The position numbers were made by a program, and so were the translations under genes. Under the pieces are notes generated by a model, which saw nothing but the letters and a program-made list of their open reading frames with translations, ran no database searches and was not told the DNA's origin. Positions 22,660 through 36,665 of a stretch of 64,000 nucleotides of DNA are shown here, one piece after another (the first letter of the stretch is position 1; each line of letters starts with the position of its first letter). Source of the stretch: Chara braunii (lineage: Eukaryota; Plantae; Charophyceae); assembly GCA_003427395.1 (NCBI GenBank), contig BFEA01000033.1, forward strand, positions 2,737,568 to 2,801,567. The letters run 5' to 3'.

Positions 22660-23215
22660 GTGTTTCCTCCTGTTCCTCCCCTCCTCCTCCTCCACCCTCC
22701 TCTCCTCTCCTTCCCCCGTCCGCAGCACCCTTTGCCTTCTCCCTCCTTCCTATTGGGTTATGCCCCACGCCTGTGCTACTCCCTGCCCCTTCCTCGTTCT
22801 CCACCCTCCTCCTCCTGTTCCTCCCCTCTTTCCCCTTCCTCGTTCTCCACCCTCCTCCTCTTGTTCCTCCCTTCTCCTTCTCCACCCTCTCCTCACACCC
22901 TTTGCCTTCTCCCTCCTTCCACCGGTTATGCCCCATGCCTGTGCTACTCCCTGCCCCTCCTTCGTTCTCCACCCTCTCCTCACACCCTTTGCCTTCCCTT
23001 CTTCCCCCGGTTATGCCCCACGCACCCTGCCCCTTTTTCCTTCTCCACCCTCGTCCCCCTGTTCCTCCCCTCCTTTTGTCCCCTCCTCTTTCTCCACCAC
23101 CCTCCTCCTCTCCTCTCCTCTCTTCTCCTTACCCCTTCCTCACACCCTTTGCCTTCTCCCTCCTTCCTCCTCTTTCCTATCGGGTCACGCTCCTCTCCTG
23201 TGCTACTCCTTCCCA
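22660..23215. repeat. CT-rich imperfect tandem repeat
   Basis: Recurrent CACCCTTTGCCTTCTCCCTCCTTCC and GGTTATGCCCCA.GCCTGTGCTACTCCCTGCCCCT units. Confidence 0.8.
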
Positions 23216-24915
23216 CTGAAATATCTTCTTCAGAACTCTGTTACTTTTGCAGTTGTCGATGACATGCGGACAAGTTGTTGCCGGCGTGTGGCGTGGCATG
23301 TGGTGTTGTCACGATCTGCAGCGGTCATGTCAATGGATGTAGGTGTGGAGCCAAAACAGGGGCGAGGCGACTGAACCATACCTTTGTCTAGGGGTTTCAC
23401 ATCTGACTCCTGATATCAGAAGTTCATTCTTAGCATCCAAATTGTGGCTGTCAGATATTCCTACAAAGACCTGTGTAGACAGAGTAGCTGCAAAACCCAT
23501 TGATGAGTCTCACAGAGGCATGACATGCATGAGTGCATGCATGAGAAAGCATGTGAGCTATAGGAGAATGCCAAATTCCCAAACAATGTCATGTGTGCAT
23601 GCATGAGAAAGCATGTGAGCCATGGGAGAATGCGAAATTCCCAAACAATAGCTAGGCCAATCGCCTAGGCAGAGGAAAATTCTGCCAGCTGTTGCTGCAT
23701 GTGATGTGGTCTGTGAGAACTCACTGATGTCTGTGAGGGATTGTCGGTCACACCTTCTTTGGGGAGAAGCCCATTTTCTACAGGCTTAGTTGAAAGGGGG
23801 CGGCTTGCAGCTTCTACTTGAATTTGTCTGTGTAGTATGTACCTATTTGAACTGTGGGGGTTGGTGGTGTCACCAGAGTGGTGTTCAAGGGCTCATTTGT
23901 GTAACATACCAACTCCATATGCACAGGGCAAGTTGTACCCATGCAGGGTATTTGAGAGCTACATTTTTAATTTTTCATACTACTTGGAAGAGGGTTTGAC
24001 GGGCAGTCTACNNNNNNNNNNNNNNNNNNNNNNNNNNNNNNNNNNNNNNNNNNNNNNNNNNNNNNNNNNNNNNNNNNNNNNNNNNNNNNNNNNNNNGGGA
24101 CCCTAAATTTGATGGACCGGTCAAAGCATCTTCGGCGATACATGGCCCCGGGCAACTTCGGAAACCGAGAGAGCCTCTCCCGAAAACAAATTGGCGGCTC
24201 GTGGCAACCAGATCAAAATGGCTGTCGGTGCTAGCCAAATTGAAAAAAAAAACACCACACGCGGGCATTTCGCCAAAGCTTGACGGACAGGGGAACTGAG
24301 AGCCATCGATGGCCGCGTGCTTCTTCTATGATGTGTGTGGACGGGAGAAGTGTGGCTTGCTGCGTGCTTAGTGACACTGGTCTTAGTTCCTTGGTCTCAT
24401 TTGCTGCTTTCTCCAACCTGATGCCTTATAAACTACCAGGCGCAGTCTTTTCTGGAACCCTGTGGCCAAACCATCACTAGGACTCAAGGATTGCTAGAAT
24501 GCGCCAGGTATGTTGTATGGGGAAAAAAAGGACTGCCATAGGTGTGGGTGAACCGGTATCAACGGATAAAAAATCCAGTGACCCTCCTAGGTTTGCCAAA
24601 ATTTTGGCGAGTGACCGATGTGTGACACGTAAGTCAGGCTGGCAGTGGGGATTACTGTCTTCCCTCGAGCAGAACACACTCTGATCATGAATCTGTGCGA
24701 ACCCTCTCCTTCCTTTCCGATACAGTCGTGATGAAGGTACATTGTGTTTGCCGGTTGGGGAAGATGGGAGAAGATGGTGACAGCAGTCCTCTTTGGGGAC
24801 GATGGTGGCGGTAGTCCTCTTTGGGGAAGATGGTGGCGGTAGTCCTCTTTGGGGAAGATGGTGATCGTAGGCCTCTGACGCTGATGGGGACAAGCCAGCA
24901 TCACAACCCCCCCCC

Positions 24916-25047
24916 TTAAACCACCAGTACTTCCTGAAGTCGTGGCTGTAAACTGGCCGTGACTTTAGGAAACATACATCCGACTATAAATGTTTGTACT
25001 CTATTTTTTTCCGCGGTCGATAGCCAGGCCAAGTACTGCTGGTTTAA
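24916..25047. mobile_element. TTAA-flanked MITE (ACCACCAGTACTT TIR); related copies at about 25486-25810 and 49348-49497
   Basis: TTAA-ACCACCAGTACTT ... AAGTACTGCTGGT-TTAA. The internal sequence matches 49348-49497 in inverted orientation. Confidence 0.75.
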
Positions 25048-25944
25048 AGACAACTTTTAGGTCATGAGAAGTCATAACAGATGTGCTGCTGTTCATTGCG
25101 GACAGTCTTACCTGGACGTGCTGAATTTGAATTATATGGAGAAGGGAGGGTGCACCAACTGCAGCTGCTATGGAAGATTGCAGTTGCTATAGAAGCTTCT
25201 CTGATGAAATGCCGAGAAACAACCTTCTCCGATGAAAGACGAAAAAGCTATGAACCTTCTCTGATGGAGGTGAACAAGCTACAAACCCTCTCTGTTGGAG
25301 GGGATCATCAGCCAACAGCAAGTCGATGTCACTCCATTTGTGGCCATGACTGATGCCCTCTGCTTTAGCCCTCGTCGTTTACCGCTTTCTGCCACCATTT
25401 TTGCTGTCCTCACAGCCTAGAGGGGCTCCATCGGACAACCAAAAAGGTTTTGGGGTGGGTTTTGCATATACGCAGAGAAAACAACTTAAAACCACCAGTA
25501 CTTGACCCAGCCATTCGTTCTTGGTTTGGGGCATGAGTGCGGCGCAACTTTCGGGGCTCGGCCTCCAGATGAAAAAGTAGACTAGCGCTGGTTCATTTTC
25601 TACGCGCAGCATATTTCCAGCCCCAGACTGGTAGTGTAATCAGATCGCATCGGGGCATAAGCGCAGCGCAACTTTCCAGGCGCGGCCTCCGCAGGAAAAT
25701 CGCTGGCCGCGCCAGCCAAAAGGAGGCCGGCGCTGGTTCTTCGTTTTTTTTTGACGCGCAGCATGTTTCCAGCCCCGGAGAGAAGTGCCTCGGAAGCGCT
25801 GGTAGTTTAATCAGATCGTACACAGTGTCAAGAATGGCAAAACCCTGTGTATGTGGTTCACCAGCCTGCCATGTGAGGTTGCTGGGGGTCTGGTCCTCAA
25901 AGCTAGGCCTTCTGGAGGAGAGAATGCTAGTTCGGCCTTCAGGT

Positions 25945-26420
25945 TTGTGACTGCTACCCTAGTTTGGCCAAATAGTTTTTGTCCTTTTGGCCATATGAAC
26001 TATGACCGACACCTTAGTTTGGCTAAATACTTTGTGACCGCTACCCTGGTTTGGTTGTCTGGTTTGCCGCCGCTACCCTGGTTTGGTTGTATGGTTTGCG
26101 GCTGCTACCCTGGTTTGGTTGTATGGTTTGCGACCGACACCTTAGTTTGGCTAAATACTTTGTGACCNCTACCCTGGTTTGGTTGTATGGTTTGCGGCTG
26201 CTACCCTGGTTTGGTTGTATGGTTTGCGACCGACACCTTAGTTTGGCTAAATACTTTGTGACCACCATGCTAGTTTGGCCACAAAAGTTTGTGACCGCTA
26301 CCCTGGTTTGGTTGTNTGGTTTGCGGCCGCTACCCTGGTTTGGTTGTATGGTTTGCGGCCGCTACCCTGATATGGTTGTATGGTTTGCGGCCGCTACCCT
26401 GGTGTGGCTGTATGGTTTGT
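25945..26420. repeat. ~31-bp tandem minisatellite
   Basis: CCGCTACCCTGGTTTGGTTGTATGGTTTGCG and a variant with CTTAGTTTGGCTAAATACTTTGTGA, about 14 units in total. Confidence 0.9.
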
Positions 26421-26572
26421 GGCATGACAGTGCCTTTTGAGCAGTGTGGGCCTTCAGCCAGCGGCAATAACCCTTGCATGACATTTGGCCTATAGACCTA
26501 AGTGTGCAATCCTCATATGAGAAGCAGAGGTCCCCTTTTTACTCCCCAAAGGTGGATTTGCGCAGTGTGCCC

Positions 26573-26640
26573 AAAAGCTCAACTGGTCAGGCATGCAAGT
26601 TGCATTCAGGAGGTCGTGGGTTCAATCCACGTGTCTGCCT
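26573..26640 (+). mobile_element. tRNA(Ala-like)-derived SINE head
   Basis: AAAGCTCAACTGGTCAGGCATGCAAGTTGCATTCAGGAGGTCGTGGGTTCAATCC; no intact acceptor stem. Confidence 0.6.
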
Positions 26641-28980
26641 GTGGTACGCTTGGTGCCAACCAACTGAGATAGTCAGCTGGATCCTCTCGGCCCGTATTAG
26701 TAGGGTCTTCAGCCAACACAGGTGTCAGTGTGAGTGCAACTGGATTGCGTGTGGCGTGTGGGAGAGTGCTGGCCTTAGAGACTGCTGTTGCTTGATGGGG
26801 GTGCGGGAAGATGAAAAGGGAGGTGCAGCTACTAGCAAATGCTAGGTCCTTGTGTTAGCTGGACCCCAGAAGGCGGCCCTGACCCCACACCCTAAACCAG
26901 TAGGCCAAGGGGCAAAAAAACTGGAAATGGTAAGCTGAATTGATCACATGTCATAGCGCTGGGTGAGGGCGGAGTTTGCAACTTTACACACAACAGCATA
27001 GTCATTGTGAGAATAGTGTCTGATTCCATGCTTTGTTTCACAACCAGACTGCCTATAAGTTCCGTGGCGCTGTTGCCACAGCGCTTCCACGCTACCCAAG
27101 CGCCTTAGGGCAACTGCAAAACGAACACCCATCTGGTGGGTTTCTTTGCCGTTTGCCAGCTTGCATTGCCAATCACTCTGGGCTTTTTCTTTGACAGCTT
27201 GTATTTGATCATGACGGCGGATTAACAACACCCACATGCAGGGAAACACAAATAGAAGTTTAGAAATGGAGTCTCATACTAGCAGGGGAAGCATGCCATA
27301 TACAAGTCCGTCGATATCAGCTCTTGGGAGTCGAAGCAATACAGGCATGACTGTGTTCCTCGCGTATGGCTTGCGGGCAGGGGGGNNNNNNNNNNNNNNN
27401 NNNNNNNNNNNNNNNNNNNNNNNNNNNNNNNNNNNNNNNNNNNNNNNNNNNNNNNNNNNNNNNNNNNNNNNNNNNNNNNNNNNNNNNNNNNNNNNNNNNN
27501 NNNNNNNNNNNNNNNNNNNNNNNNNNNNNNNNNNNNNNNNNNNNNNNNNNNNNNNNNNNNNNNNNNNNNNNNNNNNNNNNNNNNNNNNNNNNNNNNNNNN
27601 NNNNNNNNNNNNNNNNNNNNNNNNNNNNNNNNNNNNNNNNNNNNNNNNNNNNNNNNNNNNNNNNNNNNNNNNNNNNNNNNNNNNNNNNNNNNNNNNNNNN
27701 NNNNNNNNNNNNNNNNNNNNNNNNNNNNNNNNNNNNNNNNNNNNNNNNNNNNNNNNNNNNNNNNNNNNNNNNNNNNNNNNNNNNNNNNNNNNNNNNNNNN
27801 NNNNNNNNNNNNNNNNNNNNNNNNNNNNNNNNNNNNNNNNNNNNNNNNNNNNNNNNNNNNNNNNNNNNNNNNNNNNNNNNNNNNNNNNNNNNNNNNNNNN
27901 NNNNNNNNNNNNNNNNNNNNNNNNNNNNNNNNNNNNNNNNNNNNNNNNNNNNNNNNNNNNNNNNNNNNNNNNNNNNNNNNNNNNNNNNNNNNNNNNNNNN
28001 NNNNNNNNNNNNNNNNNNNNNNNNNNNNNNNNNNNNNNNNNNNNNNNNNNNNNNNNNNNNNNNNNNNNNNNNNNNNNNNNNNNNNNNNNNNNNNNNNNNN
28101 NNNNNNNNNNNNNNNNNNNNNNNNNNNNNNNNNNNNNNNNNNNNNNNNNNNNNNNNNNNNNNNNNNNNNNNNNNNNNNNNNNNNNNNNNNNNNNNNNNNN
28201 NNNNNNNNNNNNNNNNNNNNNNNNNNNNNNNNNNNNNNNNNNNNNNNNNNNNNNNNNNNNNNNNNNNNNNNNNNNNNNNNNNNNNNNNNNNGGGAGGGCA
28301 ACCGCCGCAGGTTGTGGACAAAAAGGCTCACTGCGAAGATCCGGCGGGCGATCCGAGAGAAACCTTCAAGACGCGCCTTCGGCCCTCGCATTCGTCGGCT
28401 TGCCAGATTCATTTTCGAAGGATTCACTGTGACTCCACTCGCCCCGCTTTGCCCCGCCCCACCTCGCCTCACCTCGCCCTAGAGGATCACAGAGTGTTGA
28501 GTCGTTGCCCTGCTCCGGTACAGCGGAAGACAACTGATCTTCAACCTACAAGAGTGTGCGGGCGGTTTGCTGGAGGGAAGGAAAAAAAATCGCCGACATG
28601 GATTCTAGGATGAACCATGCGACCACACGTTTTCAGTGGTCAGAGGCACGAACACTGCCCAGTCCAGGTCCTCGTACAATGCACACGGAATGAGAAATGG
28701 ATCGACGTATTCATTGGGATGAGCATGGTGCTGCAAGGGACCATCAACGAGAACACAGATTTTCCAGCAGCGAAAGACTCAAAGCAGAACCAGCATACAT
28801 GAGCGAAGTCAAAAGTAGAATTACAAAGCCAAGAGCACACTCAACGAGGACACACTGACACTGAAGTCTCTTGATACAAACAGCGCGACTTCTCCCTACC
28901 CACCATCAATGCAACAACAATGTAGTAGTTCTCCAATGATGTGACTGCCTATACTACAATCCTGCTCCCTCACTACACAG

Positions 28981-29065
<85 letters not shown>

Positions 29066-29411
29066 GCCAAACAATGCTGCAGAGTCAGACCACCCTCAGT
29101 GTGCTCTTTGGTCATCACCGGGTATTGCACAACAAAAAACAATCACTGAACAAATCGATAGTCAACAGGCTAACTTTTGTCAAAAATTTACTCTTCACGC
29201 CAACACCAGTGCCCTTTCTTCCACCTTGCCACAGCTATGACTGCCACAAAGGAGAGGTTGCGTCCAGCCTCCTCCCAACTACCTCACACCAGACTTCCCA
29301 GAGGCCTGGAGGCATTTTTTCAGCCTGCCGGGTCCTTTTTGCACGCGCAGCCTCTACCAAGAGCCACTGTGGCCTGAAGCCTCACAGCACTGCTCAAGTT
29401 TGCGGTATAAA

Positions 29412-29507
<96 letters not shown>

Positions 29508-29887
29508 NNNNNNNNNNNNNNNNNNNNNNNNNNNNNNNNNNNNNNNNNNNNNNNNNNNNNNNNNNNNNNNNNNNNNNNNNNNNNNNNNNNNNNNNNNNNN
29601 NNNNNNNNNNNNNNNNNNNNNNNNNNNNNNNNNNNNNNNNNNNNNNNNNNNNNNNNNNNNNNNNNNNNNNNNNNNNNNNNNNNNNNNNNNNNNNNNNNNN
29701 NNNNNNNNNNNNNNNNNNNNNNNNNNNNNNNNNNNNNNNNNNNNNNNNNNNNNNNNNNNNNNNNNNNNNNNNNNNNNNNNNNNNNNNNNNNNNNNNNNNN
29801 NNNNNNNNNNNNNNNNNNNNNNNNNNNNNNNNNNNNNNNNNNNNNNNNNNNNNNNNNNNNNNNNNNNNNNNNNNNNNNNNNNNNNNN

Positions 29888-29979
<92 letters not shown>

Positions 29980-30431
29980 GCTGATGGATGTCAAAGTTAA
30001 AACGTCGTTTGAAACATAAGTTCCTTTCGAAACTTTTGATTGCTCTTTTTCGGAAGTTTTTCCTTCATTGTTGACCGACTGTTGGCATTCCCGAAAAATT
30101 CCCACTGATTGCTGAAGTTGTAAAACAACAGGAGGAGAAGATAGGAAAGCAGGAGACGAGCACCAGTGGCTAATGACTCGTTGTGCAGGCCGCCGCCCCG
30201 TAAGCTGCTGAGACTGAGTTGATCCCATGGCCTCTGAGTGTAGCTCAGGCTTTTCGCACAACGCTGTGGTGAAGGTGCACAAGCAAAGCACAACAGAGAA
30301 AGGAAATCGGAGATTCACAAAGAATAACAAACAAACACACTGGTCTGATAAAAAAGAAATTGTTTGATGAACGCACGCATGCTTCAGCAACACTGAACAA
30401 ATTCATTGGCAGCTATAGCTGTCCTCCTCAT

Positions 30432-30515
30432 CTACATCTGAGGTTTCTGCTCGTCGATTAGAAGCTTGGCTATGGTGCCAATAACTTCGCGATCAACAGA
30501 AGAGTCGGTATCAGC
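30432..30515 (-). CDS. DExH helicase terminal exon (ADTDSSVDREVIGTIAKLLIDEQKPQM*)
   Basis: Acceptor TTTTTGCAG, phase 0, stop TAG at 30432-30434. Confidence 0.85.
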   Translation of the reverse strand, partial: ADTDSSVDREVIGTIAKLLIDEQKPQM

Positions 30516-30702
30516 CTGCAAAAAGGCGACAGAGTGCCACAGACGATAGCAACAGATAACAAACAAAAATTAGGGCAACGAGTCCTACACATGGACACTT
30601 TGCATCACAGCACTTTCATTTCCTGTCTTCTCCGAACTGATCTGCACACTTTCTTTTTCTCCTTTTTTTTGAAGATAGGGGGTTGCCTATAGCCTTACCG
30701 TA

Positions 30703-30766
30703 TTCAAAAGGATTCGAACCCCTGATCTGTTTATCAACAGTCCTAGATGTGAACCATTAAGCCACC
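30703..30766 (-). mobile_element. tRNA-derived SINE head fragment
   Basis: Reverse complement GTGGCTTAATGGTTCACATCTAGGACTGTTGATAAACAGATCAGGGGTTCGAATCC. Related fragments at about 36975-37010 and 41325-41375. Confidence 0.55.
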
Positions 30767-31336
30767 ACGCAGATACCTGCAGCATTTTCCCATTTTTCCT
30801 CTGCCTGCTTTTGAAATTTGAACTGGTGGAAAAGTGGAAGGGAATAGAGGGTGGCATCTAAGTCGATCCAACAGGATTCGGAACCTTGATGGTTTTTTTT
30901 TTTTTTTTTTTTTCCGAAACTCCGAGCCTCTTTGTGTGGGCTCACACGGGTGTGAAGACGAACTGAGTCACCAACTGAGTGAAGTGGGGTGTGAAGACGA
31001 AATGAGTCACCGACTGACCTTGAGTGAAGTGGTGCCGAACGCGCCCTGACTCACTCTTTTTTTTTTTTTTTTTTTGGGAGAAATGCTCCAATCTATTCGT
31101 GGCGAGCAGCACATGCTGGAAACCGGGTCCAGCATCCCATAAGGACATTTACACTTCAACAGGGATTTTTTTTTGAGAAAAGTTAAGAGGACCTCCCCCT
31201 GCCAGCATTTGATTACCCTGGAATCCAAGGGGTTAACTGAGCAGGGAACGTCCTTTGATGGTAATGAAAATGAAAAGGACTATGCTATGACAGCAAATCT
31301 GCCTGATCCTAGAACATACCGACTAGTAGAACAATC

Positions 31337-32170
31337 CTATGTTGCACGCCCGGCCGCGATTGGGGGGTGGAAGTCGGCCGCGGCCTCGGCCGAATCGGCC
31401 AGGTTCGGCCACGGCCGACCAGCCGAGTTTGGTGGAGGATTTTTTTTTTTTCTAACGCATGAAAAAATATATATATATGGGCGTGTAGGGCTAAAAAAAC
31501 CCTACACACCCATATTTTTTGGGGGGGCATTGTTGTTTTCTATTGCGTAACAAAAAATAAAAACAGAAAAAAGAAAAAGAAAAAAAAAAAAAACGCTTCG
31601 AAACCCCGTGCAAGTATGTGTGTGTGTGTGTGANNNNNNNNNNNNNNNNNNNNNNNNNNNNNNNNNNNNNNNNNNNNNNNNNNNNNNNNNNNNNNNNNNN
31701 NNNNNNNNNNNNNNNNNNNNNNNNNNNNNNNNNNNNNNNNNNNNNNNNNNNNNNNNNNNNNNNNNNNNNNNNNNNNNNNNNNNNNNNNNNNNNNNNNNNN
31801 NNNNNNNNNNNNNNNNNNNNNNNNNNNNNNNNNNNNNNNNNNNNNNNNNNNNNNNNNNNNNNNNNNNNNNNNNNNNNNNNNNNNNNNNNNNNNNNNNNNN
31901 NNNNNNNNNNNNNNNNNNNNNNNNNNNNNNNNNNNNNNNNNNNNNNNNNNNNNNNNNNNNNNNNNNNNNNNNNNNNNNNNNNNNNNNNNNNNNNNNNNNN
32001 NNNNNNNNNNNNNNNNNNNNNNNNNNNNNNNNNNNNNNNNNNNNNNNNNNNNNNNNNNNNNNNNNNNNNNNNNNNNNNNNNNNNNNNNNNNNNNNNNNNN
32101 NNNNNNNNNNNNNNNNNNAGAGAGAGAGAGGTGCGCACGCCGTGGAGTGGAGGGAGGACCCCTCCCCCAC

Positions 32171-32226
<56 letters not shown>

Positions 32227-32528
32227 AAAAAGAAAAACAGTCAATCAATGATTTTTTTTTCTTTCTATTTATTTAATTTTTTTTGGTAGTCTTCGAAATC
32301 CACCCCCCCGTTTTCGAAGTTTTTTTTTTTTTTTTTTTGCGAGGAGGTAGGGGGACCCCCCACGACTCGAAACCCGTTCCCCGTTCCCCGCCCCCCAACC
32401 CCCCTCCCCGATCGGCCGCGGCCTCGACCAAAATTATCGGCCGCGTTTGGCCGCGGCCGGGGGGGGGCCGGCCACGGCCGACGGCCGCGGCCACGGCCGA
32501 ACTCGGCTGCGGCCAGGGGGTAACATTG
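31337..32528. mobile_element. Non-autonomous hAT-like DNA transposon
   Basis: Perfect 8-bp TSD GAACAATC (31329-31336 and 32529-32536), termini CTATGTTGC / GTAACATTG, and CGGCCG-rich subterminal repeats at both ends. Confidence 0.85.
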
Positions 32529-33989
32529 GAACAATCCTCCCTCCATCATCAACAGGAAGAACCTCAAGAGAAGAACCACAAGCTGATCCAGGTGTAGTTA
32601 GTGGCCAGTGGCTGGTACCCACCGAGATACTCGGCGCCAATCGCATCCACTACCAACTTCCTCCATCCAAATCTCATCTTGTCCTTCCAAACTCCATCCT
32701 CGTAGAGAAATCCAGAGGACCTCATCTTAGCAGGGGCCGAGCACCATCATCACCCTTAAAACCCTTGGCCCCACAGAATTCCAGTCTCCGTCCTCAAGGA
32801 GGTGAACCAGCACTACCCAACGCCAATCGTGCCAGAGTTTGACCTCATCAGCCGGTACCCATCAGACAGCCTAAGCTACCCAACGCCAATCGCATCTGAT
32901 AAGAGCTCCCCCTAGCCGGTACCCATCGAGAGCCCTATTCCATCCCCCTCTCTCCATCCACTCACGACATCAGCCAGCTAATTCTGCTGCTGATTACTAA
33001 GACACCCTCAATCTCCATGCCCCCTCTTGCTATCTTTTCCTCCTCCTCACTCGCTCGAGAAACCCAAGAAAAAAAAATATACGCGCCGCCAAAGAAAATC
33101 GTAGTTCCAAGGTAAGTCCCAGACCAACTGCTAGTCCCAAGGCGGAGTCAAATTGCACGCCAATGGGGGGTTGAAGCGCCAGCATGGCTTTTTTCGTTTT
33201 TCTTTTGGCTGGCACGCCAGTGACGCCACCAGCTTGTGTGGTCCGGTAGCGCCCAGCCTCCGCTGGCCTCCGGGGAATGCAGTATAGGTTATATTCACGA
33301 CTTAGCCTCCCAGCGTGAAAGGTAGTGGTGGTCTAAGTACACACTCATTTGTTTATCAACACTTACATGTGTGTGTCGTGAAGCCACAAGGAAGACACCT
33401 GTCACATTTCTCCTCCACTTGCTACTTTTTTTTTTCAGTTACTCCTTTGATCCAGCAAGCTCGTGGATCTGAAAAATAGATTCGCGAAAATGCCATACAT
33501 TTTTGCGACTGCGTTGCCACATTTTGCGCTGAGCAGCTGGATTCGGCTCAAGCGAGAATGGTTTTTTAAATTAGTGGTAGAGATTTTTCAAACTTGCCGG
33601 GTGCATTTCTCGCGTTGGCGAAAGCACCCTATCAACTTCGCAGGATCTGATGTCTACTTTGCGGCAGCTCATGATTTTTGCGGTGTAGACCCGTCATGTT
33701 AGGGCCTACGTGCGTCATGTCCTCGCTTGTATAAGTAGGACTTACTACTGTTAACACCACGCAGAAGCCAAGTGCACAGGCTGTACACGTAAGCCATGGT
33801 GTTATCATCTGCTGAGCTTGTGCCATTGTCCACTTGCCTACTGAGCTTCTGCCATAGTGTCATCACCTGCCTCCTGGAGTACTCTGCAAGTCCATGGCTC
33901 AGATGCTTCTGCACTACTAGCCTCGTTGCCTTGGGAGTAAGGGATGCAAGGAACTGCGCAACCAGAACACCAACTTTCCAGATAGCGAA

Positions 33990-35850
33990 AAATCGCATAG
34001 AAGACCACGCATGATTGAGCGGAGTTGGAAGCAGAAAACCAAAGCCAAATGGACACCATTTAGGAGCAAACAAAACACCGTAGTATCTTCATAAGGAAAG
34101 CCCGACATCGGCCTCCAATCATCAATGAGCAACAATGTAGAAGCCTACCCTACTTGCGGTGTGTCTGCCCTAACCTACTTCCTACTACCTGCTACCGTCT
34201 TCATCCGAACATAACACATGTGTTGTATTCTAGTTCTCGGAAAATCCAAAAATTTGAATACAATGCATATGCCTTGTCTTCGAAGATCAGGGATTTGACT
34301 AGAATGCACACACATTGTATCCGAATAGAAAGCAATCTATGCGTTGTATTCGCTTACAACGCATATGCATTATGTTCAGGGGAAGACGGTAGCCTCTACA
34401 ACCTCATTCTCTGCCCACGTGTCAATCGCCCAATGCTCCTTGAAGACTGCTCATTCAGGCTTTCTCTGCAAACACCAGGTAAGAACCGCCAGTCCCCACT
34501 GCCCTTCTTCTTCCCTGACCTCCACACTTTGCAACTCAGCTTCCCTGTGCCCAGCTATGGCTGGAGCTCTTCCTGCTCCGTGTGCAACAGCGCTCCCGCC
34601 GTGCAGTCTCCTGCTGGAATGTGTATTGGCTGCCGGCCTCCAGACTTTTATCCCGGACTGGAGGCCGCGTCCAGGGGCTGCATTCAGGCCCAGTCGGCAT
34701 CGCCTGCGGGCTACTGGGACAGCGTCCAGGTCCCAGTCTCCGTAACCAACTCGCAGGCGGGGCCTACCCTAGTGACAGGGGATGGCGCTTGTCAGCCGAC
34801 TCAAGGGCGGCCTCGCCGGCCTTCACTCAGGGCCGGCGTCAATTTCCAGGACTGCCTTCACTTAGGGTGGCGTGAGGCACATTTCCTGCGGCAGACATAG
34901 GCCGCTGAGGCCTGGAGCCTCACACTTAGGGAAATCGTTTCAACAGTTAAGCGAAGCGATATTTGATCAGCGAAGTTGATTATTCTTTCTTTTGATTATT
35001 CCATTTGCAAGGATTCAGGACCTCTGGCAAGCCAGAACGAGGCCATGCTCGCCCTGAGTGAAGGCTGGCCTGCCAAAATGCAGCGAGGACTGAGAATAGG
35101 CCAATGTGAGCAGTAAGAAGCTCCAGGTCGTTGCAGCACGCATGCAGCATCCTCCACTGAATCGGTAGGCCCAGCCTACGAATTAGTTGAAGAAGCTGGG
35201 CCTTGCGCCCAGCCTTCTGGAAGGGCCCAAGGCGCAGCCTGGGCACAGCCTCCTCAGCCTCTCGAGCCAGCACGAAAGACTGGAGGGCACGTGGCATGGA
35301 CATTTGGGCATTCAGCATACGGAAGCGCTGCACAAGCGGCTGCTCAGCGCGTGCACCCAAAGAGGACGCTGCACAGTCGAAGCGAGGAGGAAGAAGGGGA
35401 GAGTGGTAGCGATAGCCGGGCTGCCTGCTCCATAGCTGAGTGGAGTAGCAGAGGTTCTTGGTGGAAGAAGGACGTGGGAGAGAAGGAAGAGAGGCAGTGT
35501 GACGAGGCATGTACCCGTACTACCCGGTGTTGATGAAGGCAGGCTGTTCGATCAGAGTCTTTGAGCGGCATCGCGATGATGACACGTCGACCAGTTGCTG
35601 CCATAAGTAGGCTAGTCCGATAGGAGTTGTAGGAAGTAGAGTCGGCGGTACAGCCGCCTGTAGGAGGGCTACATTGTTATTATATTGCTGATTGGAGGCG
35701 TTTGGAAGGGCTTTCGTTATCACAGGAGACTTCGGTGCCTTGCTCGTTCCTATTCGGTGTGGATCTCGCTTTGATTTCTTCTTTCAATTTCGGCTCAAGG
35801 ATGTCTGGTCTTCTCTGAGATGTTGCGACTTGGTTTACTGAACTTTATTC
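33990..35850. mobile_element. Two inverted (head-to-head) copies of a ~0.9-1.1 kb GC-rich dispersed repeat
   Basis: GGCCTTCACTCAGGGC (about 34818) versus GCCCTGAGTGAAGGC (about 35051); CCTCCAATCA..AACAATGTAG (about 34112) versus CTACATTGTT..TGATTGGAGG (about 35670). Confidence 0.65.
34195..34389. mobile_element. Tc1/mariner(pogo)-like MITE, 195 bp
   Basis: TA-CCGTCTTCATCCGAACATAAC ... TTATGTTCAGGGGAAGACGG-TA; same TIR family as 20376-20480. Confidence 0.85.
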
Positions 35851-36515
35851 AACTTTATTGCTGTTCGCATTGCTTATTTACTTGCATGTTTGCGGTATTG
35901 TACTATTGTTTCTTTTTTTTTTGGGTGAACTTAAAAAACATACATCAGTAACATCACGATAAAAAAATTGGTTTCCCTCGACATTGATAATCCCCGCAGA
36001 GTTTGACAGGACCCCGAGAGACCTGAACAAGGAGTACCACTGCCAGAATAAAACTCTTATATCTCATATTCCTGAACCTAAGCCCTAAACCCAAGCTTAT
36101 ATCCTCTGACTACAGTTAAACTTCTATCTGTAGATTCTGTACTACCTACTTTCTCCCCTTTTGACATTTAAACTTTAAATCCCACACTACCTCCACCGTG
36201 ATCCGTCCTATACCCTATACTGCTCCCAGATCCAGTCTTTATGTGGCGGTGGCCGGCCCCTCTTTTCTGCATAACAAACGATAGCTGATCAAAACAACAA
36301 AAAACAACAAAAAACAACAAAAAACAACAAAAAACAACAAAAAACAACAAAACACACTTTCAAAATGATAATTCCCGCAGTGAAATTCGTAATCCATATT
36401 CATGAAAAGAAAGAGTTTCGTATTCTTCGTCCCGTGCGAAAAGCTGCTGGGTCAGAGTATTAGCCAACCAGTCTAAGCCAGATCAAATACATGGAAATTA
36501 CCGAGCAATGAGCCA

Positions 36516-36584
36516 CCGTAAAACCTTCACCGTAAAACCTTCACCGTAAAACCGACACCGTAAAACCTTCACCGTAAAACCTTC
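36516..36584. repeat. 14-bp tandem repeat CCGTAAAACCTTCA x5
   Basis: Five direct units are visible in the helicase intron. Confidence 0.9.
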
Positions 36585-36665
36585 TGAGAAAACTAAGACA
36601 AGCCCAGGAAGAACTTCCCAAAGCCAAGAACACTTTGACAAAGTTAGAGAAACCATCCCACTCAC

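Noticed and set aside
25945-26420. CRISPR-like appearance of the 31-bp and 46-bp arrays
   Set aside because: No unique spacers, eukaryotic context, and no cas genes.
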